Made by a program: the position numbers and the translations under genes. From the NCBI GenBank assembly GCA_900291995.1, contig OLMU01000707.1, positions 1 through 39,894 of the forward strand: DNA of 39,894 nt, read 5' to 3'. This DNA comes from Licmophora abbreviata. Taxonomy: Eukaryota. Shown piece by piece: positions 13,358 to 23,531 of this stretch. Each line of letters starts with the position of its first letter. The first letter of the stretch is position 1. Under the pieces are notes generated by a model. It worked only from the letters and a program-made list of their open reading frames with translations, did no database searches and was not told the DNA's origin.

Positions 13358-14455
13358 ATGGCAAAAAAGAAGGTGCTCTTGATGGGCGAAGCCCACAGTG
13401 GCAAGACGAGCATGCGAAGCATTATTTTCGCCAACTATTTGGCGCGGGATACCACGCGCTTGTCTCCCACACTCGACGTCGAGCACCACCAAGTCCGCTT
13501 TCTGGGTGGACTCGTCTTGAATCTATGGGACTGTGGAGGACAGGATGCTTTCTACGAATCGTACTTTGAGCGAGACCGCGAAACCATCTTTCGGTCCGTC
13601 GAACTCTTGATTTACGTTTTTGATATTGAATCCAATCAGCCCGAGAAGGACTTTGAGCATTTCGAGGGAGTCCTGCGAGCGATCGCTGAGTCTTCGCCGG
13701 ACGCCCGTGTCTTTGTCCTGATCCACAAGATGGATCTCGTTGCGCAGGAGGAGCGGGAGCCGATTTTAGAAGAGCGACGGGCCTTGATTGAAGACAGCTG
13801 CACTCGTTGTGGCGTTGAGAGCTTTGAAACCTATGGAACTTCGATTTGGGACGAAACTCTCTACAAGGCGTGGAGCGAGATCGTCACTAATCTCATTCCC
13901 AACATTAGTTTGCTGGAGACGCACTTGAACAATTTTTGCCGTATTTGTGAAGCCGACGAAGTCGTTCTCTTCGAGCGTGCAACCTTTCTCGTTATCAGTC
14001 ACGCCCAAGCCAGTGATGGGTCCATTGAGGAAGGGGGATCTGGCGACCAGATGGAAGATACCGAGACGGCAGATGCAACTACGGGAGACGATGGGACAGC
14101 TGCCGACAAGCCGGCGACGCTTGCCGACTCTGGTACACTGACGACTGCTCCGTCGACGACCGTCACCGTCCGCACACCACCGCGTCATGTGAGACGCACT
14201 CCACACTTTGATGCACATCGCTTTGAGAAGATAAGCAACATTGTCAAGCAGTTCAAGTTGAGTTGCGGCAAGGCACAGTCACAGTTTCAAGGCATGGAGG
14301 TTAGGAACAGTCGTTTCACTGCGTTCATCGATGCCTTTACGGTGAACACATACATCATGGTGATTGTTTCGAATCCCAACGTGCACACGGCGGCGACTCT
14401 TTTGAACATTCAGAATGCACGGCCGCATTTTGAGCGCTTCATTCCGAGAATCTAG
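13358..14455 (+). CDS. RRAGA: Ras-related GTP-binding protein A/B (Gtr1), TORC1 amino-acid signalling
   Basis: [67 protein letters not shown]. Intronless. Confidence 0.95.
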   Translation: MAKKKVLLMGEAHSGKTSMRSIIFANYLARDTTRLSPTLDVEHHQVRFLGGLVLNLWDCGGQDAFYESYFERDRETIFRSVELLIYVFDIESNQPEKDFEHFEGVLRAIAESSPDARVFVLIHKMDLVAQEEREPILEERRALIEDSCTRCGVESFETYGTSIWDETLYKAWSEIVTNLIPNISLLETHLNNFCRICEADEVVLFERATFLVISHAQASDGSIEEGGSGDQMEDTETADATTGDDGTAADKPATLADSGTLTTAPSTTVTVRTPPRHVRRTPHFDAHRFEKISNIVKQFKLSCGKAQSQFQGMEVRNSRFTAFIDAFTVNTYIMVIVSNPNVHTAATLLNIQNARPHFERFIPRI

Positions 14456-14534
14456 TGTATATATGTGGTAAAACGAAATAATGTAGTTTGCATGTTACAG
14501 TTACCAAGGATGGGTCGACGCCCCATTGCATATT

Positions 14535-14927
14535 TTAAGTTAGATTCTTCCAGTTGCGCCCTTGCTTATCAGACTTCAGTCCAGTCGCCGTTGGGTATCG
14601 TACATCTTGCATGACAGGTTCTGGAACTGGGGACGAGATGCCATAGGCCTTTACTTCCTTGCCATTCTCTCGAAATCCCATGAGCCGTCCACGTGTATCT
14701 TGCAAAACGACGAAGGAAGCAAAGGTGAATCCGATTGCAGATGCGACCGACGCGGTTGGTCCGCGTAGCGGTTTGCCCATGATGTAGCCATAGCCCCAAC
14801 TGGCAGAGGTGATACCAGCGGCGACCGCCCAGTCCCTGAAGCGCATTGAGCGCAAGCAATCATCGACGGAGGGATCCGGTTTCACTACTGGATACTCGGG
14901 ATCACTATACTTTCGAAAGGGCTGCAT
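14535..14927 (-). CDS. Mitochondrial complex I accessory subunit (NUXM/21-kDa, plant MNLL-like family)
   Basis: YPVVKPDP, two hydrophobic segments and the QDTRGRLMGFRENGKEV motif typical of the family. Confidence 0.8.
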   Translation of the reverse strand: MQPFRKYSDPEYPVVKPDPSVDDCLRSMRFRDWAVAAGITSASWGYGYIMGKPLRGPTASVASAIGFTFASFVVLQDTRGRLMGFRENGKEVKAYGISSPVPEPVMQDVRYPTATGLKSDKQGRNWKNLT

Positions 14928-15666
14928 GCTGTAGGGTGTGAAGCGGGAAGAAGGCAAAAAGAATTAGGGTGGCGATACAGACGGCGGCGTACAGGTGCCC
15001 ACACGGGTGGCATAGTGTTCGCTCACACAGAGGCTCAAAGATTTCCCATTTCTGATGCTTTTTCACTGTTTCTTTCGCCGCCAGTATTTCAATCAGCGAG
15101 ATAGAGAGTATAGCAACACTTACATGAACGAAAGCGACCAAATATCCTTCAAATACCACAGCAATCTTCGGCACACACTCCTTCGACGACTTGCTGCGTT
15201 TCTCTGCGACGCATTTGCCCACAGGTACGCCTGATGGCGTAGGAATCAGTACAAGTTCTACGTCACATGGCAATATGCGGACGACAGACAGGCAGAAAGT
15301 CCGTCCATACACCCCTCAACCTCAAAACCTACCTTGGGTGGGATGCGTTTCTGTTTCCCTCTTGGCGATCACTTGTGAAGCATCTACTGGTCTACTCCAG
15401 TAGGACATGCTCAATACAGTACGCGATTGTGTCTTTCCCTTAACCTTAGGTTGGGAAATCTTCGGGATTCCACTACGGTCGCGACATTGGTAGAGACTGT
15501 TTCGAAGACTAGAGATTATCGAACTCCGTCGACTACAAGTAAGAGGCAATACCAACTGGTTTGACCATTTATTTATATTCTAACGGTAAGGTACGGTTGA
15601 ACAGTACTATCTAGGAAGTAAAAGAAGCTTTGCATCTTGTCGCGGCTCATCTTCAGTTGGACGCGC

Positions 15667-15969
15667 TCACTCGAGTCCAGGAGCCAGCAGAAAAGTTGCG
15701 TCTGAATACGGTTCTCGAAGCTTGATGGCCGATTGGTATTCCTCGGACTCGTAAAAGGCCGTGGCTGCTTCAAACGACTCAAATTCGATTACCACTGCGG
15801 CGCTACCACCAGCAATACCGTTGACGCTTTCGGGAATACTCGGTGTTGGACACTTCACGAGGAGCTTGCCGGGGTGATTTTTGAGAACTGAGGCGGCAGC
15901 CTCTTGGTAAACATTAAAGTGGGCTGGGTCGTGGACCTTGACGAACGCGAAAAGGTATCCCTTGGACAT
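15667..15969 (-). CDS. DUF1330 family dimeric alpha-beta barrel protein
   Basis: 100 aa, intronless. VHDP..F..Y and VVIEFESFEAATAFYESEEYQSAIKLR match the DUF1330 pattern. Confidence 0.85.
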   Translation of the reverse strand: MSKGYLFAFVKVHDPAHFNVYQEAAASVLKNHPGKLLVKCPTPSIPESVNGIAGGSAAVVIEFESFEAATAFYESEEYQSAIKLREPYSDATFLLAPGLE

Positions 15970-16367
15970 GGTGTTGTTGTGATGGTTTCTTTGCGGAAAG
16001 AGTATATATGATATTATCAGAGTGTTTGGAATTGTGGGAACCTGCGCTCAAAAAATAATGTATGTCGGTGGAACAACATTGAATAGTGTAGAAGCCACGC
16101 ATCGGTTTCCCGCTTCTGCGAAGCCCCAAGAACTGCACCTCTCAAAATGCCTAAGCAAGATTTCAGGAAATTCCAGATGCTTCAACGGAAAGCCATCATG
16201 TTCTTTCTGTTGTAGCAAGGAGGTGATCGAGCGACAGTTCGGTGGGTACTCCTACATCAGGAAGCACTTGTCTTACGTTGATGGTGCTGTGACATGGCCT
16301 CAAGTCATGTAAACAGGTCGAGTTGAAACAATCGTTAAACGCTCTTGAGTCCTTCGTCAGACCTGCT

Positions 16368-16994
16368 TCAATAAGAAAGTCGAAGTCTGGCAGAATCTAC
16401 TCCGCCATTGCATTGCTCCATTGCTCGCAGAGCGGCCAAGAATCCTAGATTTGGGTTTGCCTGGGGTCGCACTCGTCGAATGGTGTCCATCGCTTGGCCG
16501 AGAGTGCGTTCCTTTCGTGATATAAGCCATGCGGCCAATGCAGCAGTCGAGCGGGAGACACCTTTTGCGCAGTGGACCAAACATGCGTGAATATCAGTAG
16601 AAGGTTCATTATTTGCTTGCTGGCCACCATTGTCAGAGTACCCTTGACTTTCGTCGATTGCGTCCAAGACGCAATTCAGTTCCGGTGACAAGAAGTCTTC
16701 GCCTACCTTGTCGGACAGTCTCCAAACAATCTGCTCAATCCATAAAGCTGTGGATCGAGCATCAGCGATAAAGTCTCGAGAAATCTGAATCAAACGTTCA
16801 TCAGAGACTATCGTAATTACTGACAAACGTATCGTCTTCGCATCAGAGCCGCCGTCGCCGCTGTACACCGAGGCAAGATGCGACAGCGCTGCCAAGCTCC
16901 CGATCCACAAGCCTGGAATCACTTCGCCCATGCTCGACAAGCGAGAGGCGCTTGAACCGAGTTTTGGGGTCTCCTCGACACGAGATCTTTCCAT
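16368..16994 (-). CDS. Dual-specificity protein phosphatase
   Basis: EVIPGLWIGS, catalytic loop LVHCAKGVSRS, and RPQANPNLGFLAAL. Confidence 0.9.
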   Translation of the reverse strand: MERSRVEETPKLGSSASRLSSMGEVIPGLWIGSLAALSHLASVYSGDGGSDAKTIRLSVITIVSDERLIQISRDFIADARSTALWIEQIVWRLSDKVGEDFLSPELNCVLDAIDESQGYSDNGGQQANNEPSTDIHACLVHCAKGVSRSTAALAAWLISRKERTLGQAMDTIRRVRPQANPNLGFLAALRAMEQCNGGVDSARLRLSY

Positions 16995-17398
16995 GGTTGG
17001 GCGTGTTGGGCAGCTTGCCTTGGATCAAAGAGAAGTAAGTCAAAAAGAACATGCAGGAAGCATCAAGTCGCGTGTTGCGCGACGTCTGAGATACGATGAC
17101 TCTTCGAGTACCGGTTTTTTAAACCAATAGGCATTTCGAAATGTCTTGAAGTTTAATTGAAACTGTCACTCGGATATCACAGTCCGATACCACGTTTTGT
17201 GACTCAAATACCATCAAAATTCGATCCGGTGTGTTCCACTAAGACGCGACTAATACAATGCGAAGCCCATGTCTCACCCACAACCACATTCACGCAATCA
17301 AATCCCACCTACAACACTCACTGACTAACTATTCTAAGCCAAGAGCAAGCACACTTTGACCCCGCAGTACATAAAGAAACTGACCAAGGCACGACAAC

Positions 17399-18355
17399 AT
17401 GTCTCAAAGTGCAAACCCATGCTGCGAATGTCGGCCGTGTTGGTAAGCTTGTTGTATCGCTGACTGGTTCGTCTCATTCATCAACATATGACTCATTTCG
17501 CAGTACTCCTTCTGTCCTACTAGCTCCTATCCGAACGGCAATCGCAACATATTTGCGACCATCACTGTCATCCTGTCGTACATTCTAACATTGTTCACAA
17601 TCTATGGCTGCCACTACGTCGATGTAGATCCGAGTCAAGTTGTCGACCGTAATCTTCCCACCGAGAGGAACTTCGGATTTGGACTATATACTCGAGAGCA
17701 TGACTTCAACTTCGATGACTTGGAGAGCGAATGGGAAGACTGGGACAACTATGCGTGCTATTCCTGGAAAGACGTGGAGCAAGACGCTTTGTTTGACTCC
17801 AAATGGCGAGCGGCACGCGCCATGGGACAAATAAGTGCGGTCCTCGGTTTCATCCTGATGATACTGACGCTAGCCATGGCGTGCACGAGCTTTTCGTCTC
17901 TTGTCGTGCGACTCATGGCTTTGGCGGCGTTGCTCGCCAGCGTGTCAGTTCTGCTCACCTTGGTCGCCTTCGCCTCCGACATTTGCAACGACTTTCACTG
18001 TGATTTCAGCGACAGTGCCGGTACATCAATTGCCGCTAGTTTCCTCTTCTTCGTCTCGGCCTGTTTACTGGCTGCGATTTCTACAACCGAAGCTTTTGAC
18101 GGTCCTCAAGCGCCTGCTACTCCAACCGGTCGGCCTGTCGCTGCTGTAGTGGAAGGGAGTATCCAGCCTCCCGCCGGATCCGTCACCGTGACAGAAACAG
18201 TACTCCCAGATGGCACAAAAAAGTTTTCTAAGGTCATATACAATGTGGACGGATCCAGGACGGTGCAACAGACTGTGGAAAGGCCGAATAGTGTGGTCGT
18301 TGACGTTGACCCCGAAGATGATGAACCATGGATGGTCCCCAACAAAGTCGTCTAA
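17399..18355 (+). CDS. Four-TM claudin-superfamily-like membrane protein, paralog 1
   Basis: Micro-exon MSQSANPCCECRPC, then intron 17443-17523 (GTAAGC..TAG). Four hydrophobic helices, a first loop with FGLY and a Cys, a WRAARAMG motif and a second loop C-x3-C. Confidence 0.7.
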
Positions 18356-18699
18356 GTCAAAGCGTTGCCATGAAATCGGATGTGATAGTATCGGCTAAAT
18401 TGTAACGACTTAAAGGGAGAATGTTACGAGTGCCGGGGTACCAGAAGTGTCATAACTTTAACTTAAATATGATAGCTGCCAGGGGTTTGCTGAAGCCTTT
18501 GGGCATTCGCGATGATATTCTGAACGCACATTAGGGACAAGAATCTTGAATCTTGCGAACTCGGACCCAATCTTGTGAAATTGAAAATCGCGCACACACC
18601 ATCCGTTGGGAAGTTGAGAGTTGACACCGAAATAGACCGCGTGACTCGAAAGTTCGATAAAGGTTGCTGCTTTCTGGTCGAGGAAGACTACATTTGACC

Positions 18700-19701
18700 A
18701 TGACAGAACGCTACGGATGTCAGGGATGCTGGTAAGGGTCCAAGCGAGCCAGGGCTAATAAATTTTGATTGTTGTTTTGAAAAGCGACTGGGCTCACTGA
18801 ACACTGGCTCAATCCTGCGAATTCTCTTGTCCTTTGTCAACACCAGCTCGTTTCCCAACGGAAGGATGGCCGTTATCGGCATGCTTTTCGCTCTAGTTTC
18901 TTATGGAATGACGTCCAGTGCTGTGTGGGGCTGCCGTTATGTCCTACTAGAGGATGTGGATGTTGGTTTCGGACGTGTAAACGGCAAGATAGGCTTGGGA
19001 CTTTACTCAGTCGAAGACGTCTTTGATGACAGGGAATGCAGGGTTTGGTCTGACTTTGGAAATGAATTTATTGTGGATGCGACCTGGAATGCCGCGCGTG
19101 CAATGGGAACAATTGCGGGCTTCTGTGGTCTCTTTTGTCTGGTATGTGTATGCTATTGAGAATATGAATCGCCAATCATCTCATCGGTTCTCACGCACAC
19201 GCTTCTCCCCACTTTTACTGTAAAAAGGTTGCAACGATTTGCTCTGCGTGCATGGGGCTTCGAGTTTGCTTTCTTAAAATCCTTGCGGCCTTCGCCGCTT
19301 CAGCGGGAGTCTGCGTCATACTCACGGAGATTGTGTTTGCCTCCAACGTCTGCAACCAGGACATCTTCGGATCTGGCTGTACGTTTGACGTACACGCCGG
19401 TATTGCCATTGGTGCGTCAATCTTGTGGTTTTTTACGACTTTTATCCTTATGAAAGTGCCTCCTCCTGCAGAGATTGAGGATGAGTACCCTCGTCCCTCA
19501 AGCGCGCCCACGATGGCGACGGCCGTTGCTGGCAGTGTCGCTCCTCCCCCTGGAACTGTGACTACGACCGAGACAGACCTTCCGGATGGCACCAAGAAGA
19601 TCACGAGGACGACGTACAATTCCGATGGGTCAAAGACGGTCGAAGAGACGATTGAGACTCCCAATATGGCGATTCCGACCGCGAGTGCAAAGACGTACTA
19701 A
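18700..19701 (+). CDS. Four-TM claudin-superfamily-like membrane protein, paralog 2
   Basis: Micro-exon MTERYGCQGC; introns 18732-18846 and 19142-19227. Shares S[YF]PNG, GLGLY, WNAARAMG, FASxxC and the C-terminal LPDGTKK..YNxDGS motif with paralog 1. Confidence 0.7.
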
Positions 19702-19978
19702 AAACTGTGCGCGATTACCAGGTCGCTTGTCCAACTCGCGTTGTGCAGTGTTCCTGTTGTTTTCCGTGGTAGGGCTTTGTCTTGAGCTTAAACTGTAGGG
19801 TAGACGTATAAGCATGGCCAAAGGTACCAAGTACGAGTACATTACGAGTATAGTAGTGCGAATATGAATTGGGTGGGTTCCAGGTAGACCGACTTTTTCA
19901 CGTTCGCGTGGAGTTCGCGCAGACAGAAGAGTGAGATCTCGATAGACACAGACTTGCTTTCTCACAAACAGCAGAAAT

Positions 19979-19998
19979 GGCGCGACGCGAGATTTGAA
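19979..19998 (+). promoter_or_regulatory. GGCGCGA-N7-TTTGAA composite element upstream of POLD3
   Basis: GGCGCGA-CGCGAGA-TTTGAA lies about 130-150 bp upstream of ATG 20126. Confidence 0.55.
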
Positions 19999-20125
19999 GA
20001 TGAGCAACACCGGCTGCGCCGTGAAAAACGAAAGTCACACCATCAGCCGAGAATGAACGTTGCCTGCCACGACGCATTGTTTCGCGTTTTTGCAGGATTC
20101 CTTCGCTTTGTTCTCTGATCCTACC

Positions 20126-21589
20126 ATGACTAGCTACAGTAGCGACCAGGTGGAAGAAGTATGGAGCTGGATTCACGACGAGAGGCGCTGTGTGACGACA
20201 CAGACGGTCTCTCTCACGATGGGCCTACCGAGGACGGCAGCGGCGTCTTTGCTCCAGAATCTTCCGAGCTACAAAGAGAATGACTCTATATATGAGTGCA
20301 CCAAGTGCTGTCTAGCCAAGGAAGACGGTGCAACAGGTGAGAGAAGTGGGAAAATGGCCTGAACTAGCAGAACTTGAGTTTTTGAGGCTCGGCAGTTTTC
20401 GTCTACCAGGTACAGCACTGATGTATTCACTTACGCCCTCTTGTTCCCCTCTGCGCTCCCCCGCCTTGCAGTAGTTAAGCTAGTCAAGTCGACCGTAGAT
20501 GCCAAGGACACCGTTGACACGTCTGATGGCCCGATTTATTCCATCGCGCTCGTCCAAGCCGAGACACTCCGTGCCGCACATCAAAAGGACATGGTCATGT
20601 TTCGCGACATGCTGCAGTCCGACACGAACCAGGCCCTAGACAGTGCCTTGCACACGCACGATGTTGTGCCATCTGTAGTCGATCAGATTCAACGCTTGGA
20701 TCTAGAAACGAGTCGCGAGCAGCGGGGTACAGTCGCGGCGCCTCGGGCCTCGGGTACTAGTGTAAGCACGGCCGGCAAGATGCAAACGAAGCGCAAGGCC
20801 ACGTCCGCCGCGTCATTTTTTCAAGCAAAGAAGACCAATAATGCGGATGCAGCAAAAGAGGAAAAGGCGAGTAGTGTCTCGGCTAGTAACAGTCTAACCG
20901 TCGGCACCAAGAAGGCCGGTGCGACCAAGCCGGCTGCCAAGAAGGAATCGTTGGGCACAAATTCCAAGTCGGCTATTCGCAATCCGGTGACGTCCAAAAA
21001 GGCGGACGGCGTTGAGGAGCCCCCGCAAGACGATGCTAGTGATAACAACCCAGTCGACTTTTCTGAGAAGGAGAACCAGACAAATGGGTCTGCCGATGGC
21101 AAGAAGCCTGCGGCTGTCGGCAACGCCGACGATTTCGTCGGAGACGAAGATGAAGACGAAGAGTTCCTGGTCGAAGAGGAAGAACGCAAGCGTCGCAACG
21201 AAAAAAGCGAGAAACAGGAGGGGGAATCGAAGAATGAAGCGAAGCGCGTACCGGCTCGTCGCGTCGTAGTCGCTGATGATGCCGACGAGGATGAAGAACC
21301 GAAAGTCATGGGTGCCATGGATGCTTTTGCAACCGTAGTGAAATCTCCTCCCAAGGCTGAAGCAGCCACGACTCACCGGAAGCGTCGTAAGACTCTAGTT
21401 GATAGGACGACAACTGACGCTCAGGGTTATCTACACACCGAGACGATTGCCGTATGGGAGGATGTACCGTCGGACGAGGAAGAAACGGAAGCAGCAGCGG
21501 AACCGGTGGATCGGAAGAAGGTCGCAGCCAAGAATACCAAGAATATGAAGCAAGGAAATCTAATGGGCTTCTTTCAAAAGAAAAAGTAA
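20126..21589 (+). CDS. POLD3: DNA polymerase delta subunit 3 (Cdc27/Pol32/p66)
   Basis: Winged-helix-like N-terminus (WIHDERRCVTTQTVSLTMGL); intron 20337-20471; charged disordered middle; RKRRKTLVDRTTTDAQGYLHT (DPIM-like); terminal PIP box QGNLMGFF. Confidence 0.88.
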
Positions 21590-22036
21590 GCGCATGGTGT
21601 TATCGGGAAGATAAACGCAGACGATGGGACATGCGAGAGCAGCGTGGCTTGCGCGATTGTAAATCCCTCTTCCGGTACTACTAGTCTAGCCAGAGAGAAT
21701 AAGTTTCTGGTGTTAGCAAGAAGCTGTTATAAGATGGATCGCGTACAGGTCTGCTTGTGGGTCCCCTCTCAATCGCGGGAAGGTGCTGTTAGGTCTGCGT
21801 TTCCTACCATGGTTGAGAGTTGCCGGAAAGGCGAAGAGACTTTGGGTCCGCCGAAAAGTCTCTCGAGCTCTCGGGTCAAAATTTGAAACGTGAGATATGT
21901 ACATCTATACATCATTTCAATACTGAAACAAAAGATACGGCAACACGCAAAGATACCATAAATAAGAGCTCATGAGTTATCAGCCGTCAACAACTGTGAA
22001 GCCGATCGACAACCGAGCAACGTGTACGATACCAGG

Positions 22037-22519
22037 ATGAACCCGGGGCGCACACTTGCGTTGATCTCGCTTGTATGGACGCTTTGTGACGGCTTCTGTC
22101 TAAAAGAAGTGAAACGGTCTTACAAGGATCGGAAGGAAAAAGTGGAAATGAGTGCGACTCGAAAAAAGAAACTCTACTCGTTTACCGAGGCACGCCGAAT
22201 CGCACGCGGCCACGGCTTTGATTCTCGACAAGAATTCATCGACTACGAGTGTGCGGGTGCGTACCAGCTGCCCAAGAATCCTGAAGTCATATGGGACCGC
22301 GACTGGAGCGGATGGGACGACTTTCTGGGAGTCCCGTTGTCGTTTGAGAAAGGGCGTCAGGTGGGACGTTCGTTGGGACTCAAAAGTCAAACGGAGTACA
22401 TGAATTTCATGCGAGAAAAGCAAATGGACGACACTGATTTGTCCAGTCGACTACCGTATCGTCCAGACTTAAAGTACAAGACTGACTGGAAGGGATGGAA
22501 AGATTGGCTCGGTCTATGA
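22037..22519 (+). CDS. Signal-peptide-bearing protein with two phage-integrase-type repeat units (INT_rpt-like)
   Basis: Two ~55-aa repeats of the form SF..[AG]R...R..G..S..E[FY]...LP..P...[WY]..DW.GW.D[FW]LG. Hydrophobic N-terminus ends in CDG-F. Confidence 0.7.
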   Translation: MNPGRTLALISLVWTLCDGFCLKEVKRSYKDRKEKVEMSATRKKKLYSFTEARRIARGHGFDSRQEFIDYECAGAYQLPKNPEVIWDRDWSGWDDFLGVPLSFEKGRQVGRSLGLKSQTEYMNFMREKQMDDTDLSSRLPYRPDLKYKTDWKGWKDWLGL

Positions 22520-22544
22520 ACGTTCCTCTGCACGATACGCGTCA

Positions 22545-23531
22545 CTACGATGAATCCTTCCATTTGTGCCGTTGGTAGATCTGCCGCTTGTTTTCCTGTG
22601 CTTCGAATTGAGTATAAGGTGCAATACGGACATATCCAAACTGACCGTGCATCCAGACAATTAGGTTGCTTCGCTCACTCTTGATGGGCGAGATGGCATG
22701 CCTGTGGCCTCCCAAATGCAGCAATGCCATACCAGGTTCGCTCAGGTCCACATATGATGGCGCCGTCTTCGCCGCCTTCGATTCCTCTGAATACTGATAT
22801 CCTCGAAAGTACAGCGGCGACGGACCTTGGGAGGGCAGCAGGCAGATGTTGGTTGTCACGGTCGAAGCGTCCGCGTGCTCTGCAAGTTCCACGTCCTGGT
22901 CTGGTTTGTAATTCACGACGAATCCGTAATGATCGTCAAGGTCTTGCGGGCCAACGTAATCAGGAAACATCAGGAATGCCAACGGTCGCAGGTACTGCTC
23001 TACAAGGCTTTCAAAGGAATCGGTGAATCCGAGATCGTCCAGTATCGCGCCATATCGATTCATTCCGTTGGGGCGACGCATCGGAATACCTGAATTCTCG
23101 TGGTGCTGAACCTCTTCGCGAAAGCGTTCGGCAAACAGAGGGGTCAGCAGCCGAACTTGATAAACATTGGGAATATTGGTGTCCCGGCAAAGTGCGCGGA
23201 TTCGGGATGGGTTCCTGGAATCGATGGCGTCAACCATTTCGCTATCGATGAAACCTAGCTTGGTGTACGCCTTAAAGTCGTAGAGCTCGGGATGCAATCG
23301 TCCATATTCGCGCCGTGCGTCTAACAATAGCTTGCGATGGCATTCCCACCATTCGTGATCTTCGTATTCCCCTCCGTATGAGGACCTTGCAACCGGGGCT
23401 TGCAAGGAACGAGCACGTCGGAGAGCGCCTGATCCGTCCGTATTCATAACAACCAGCGACACTATCCCCACCAGCAAGGTCGTCGTAGGCACCCACCACA
23501 TTGCAGTGTCCTTAGATACAAGTACGAACAT
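22545..23531 (-). CDS. 2OG-Fe(II) oxygenase, OGFOD2-like, with an N-terminal signal/anchor
   Basis: RRPNGMNRYG, HADASTVTTNICL (HxD), GMALLHLGGHRH, RSNLIVW. Confidence 0.85.
   Translation of the reverse strand: MFVLVSKDTAMWWVPTTTLLVGIVSLVVMNTDGSGALRRARSLQAPVARSSYGGEYEDHEWWECHRKLLLDARREYGRLHPELYDFKAYTKLGFIDSEMVDAIDSRNPSRIRALCRDTNIPNVYQVRLLTPLFAERFREEVQHHENSGIPMRRPNGMNRYGAILDDLGFTDSFESLVEQYLRPLAFLMFPDYVGPQDLDDHYGFVVNYKPDQDVELAEHADASTVTTNICLLPSQGPSPLYFRGYQYSEESKAAKTAPSYVDLSEPGMALLHLGGHRHAISPIKSERSNLIVWMHGQFGYVRIAPYTQFEAQENKRQIYQRHKWKDSS

Noticed and set aside
14960..15660. Short ORFs (135, 70 and 77 aa) between the complex I subunit and DUF1330 genes
   Set aside because: No motifs, no consistent splice structure and no recognisable RNA gene. 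Treated as UTR/intergenic.
22037..22519. Integrase-repeat gene as an active mobile element
   Set aside because: There is no recombinase catalytic domain and no flanking terminal repeats.
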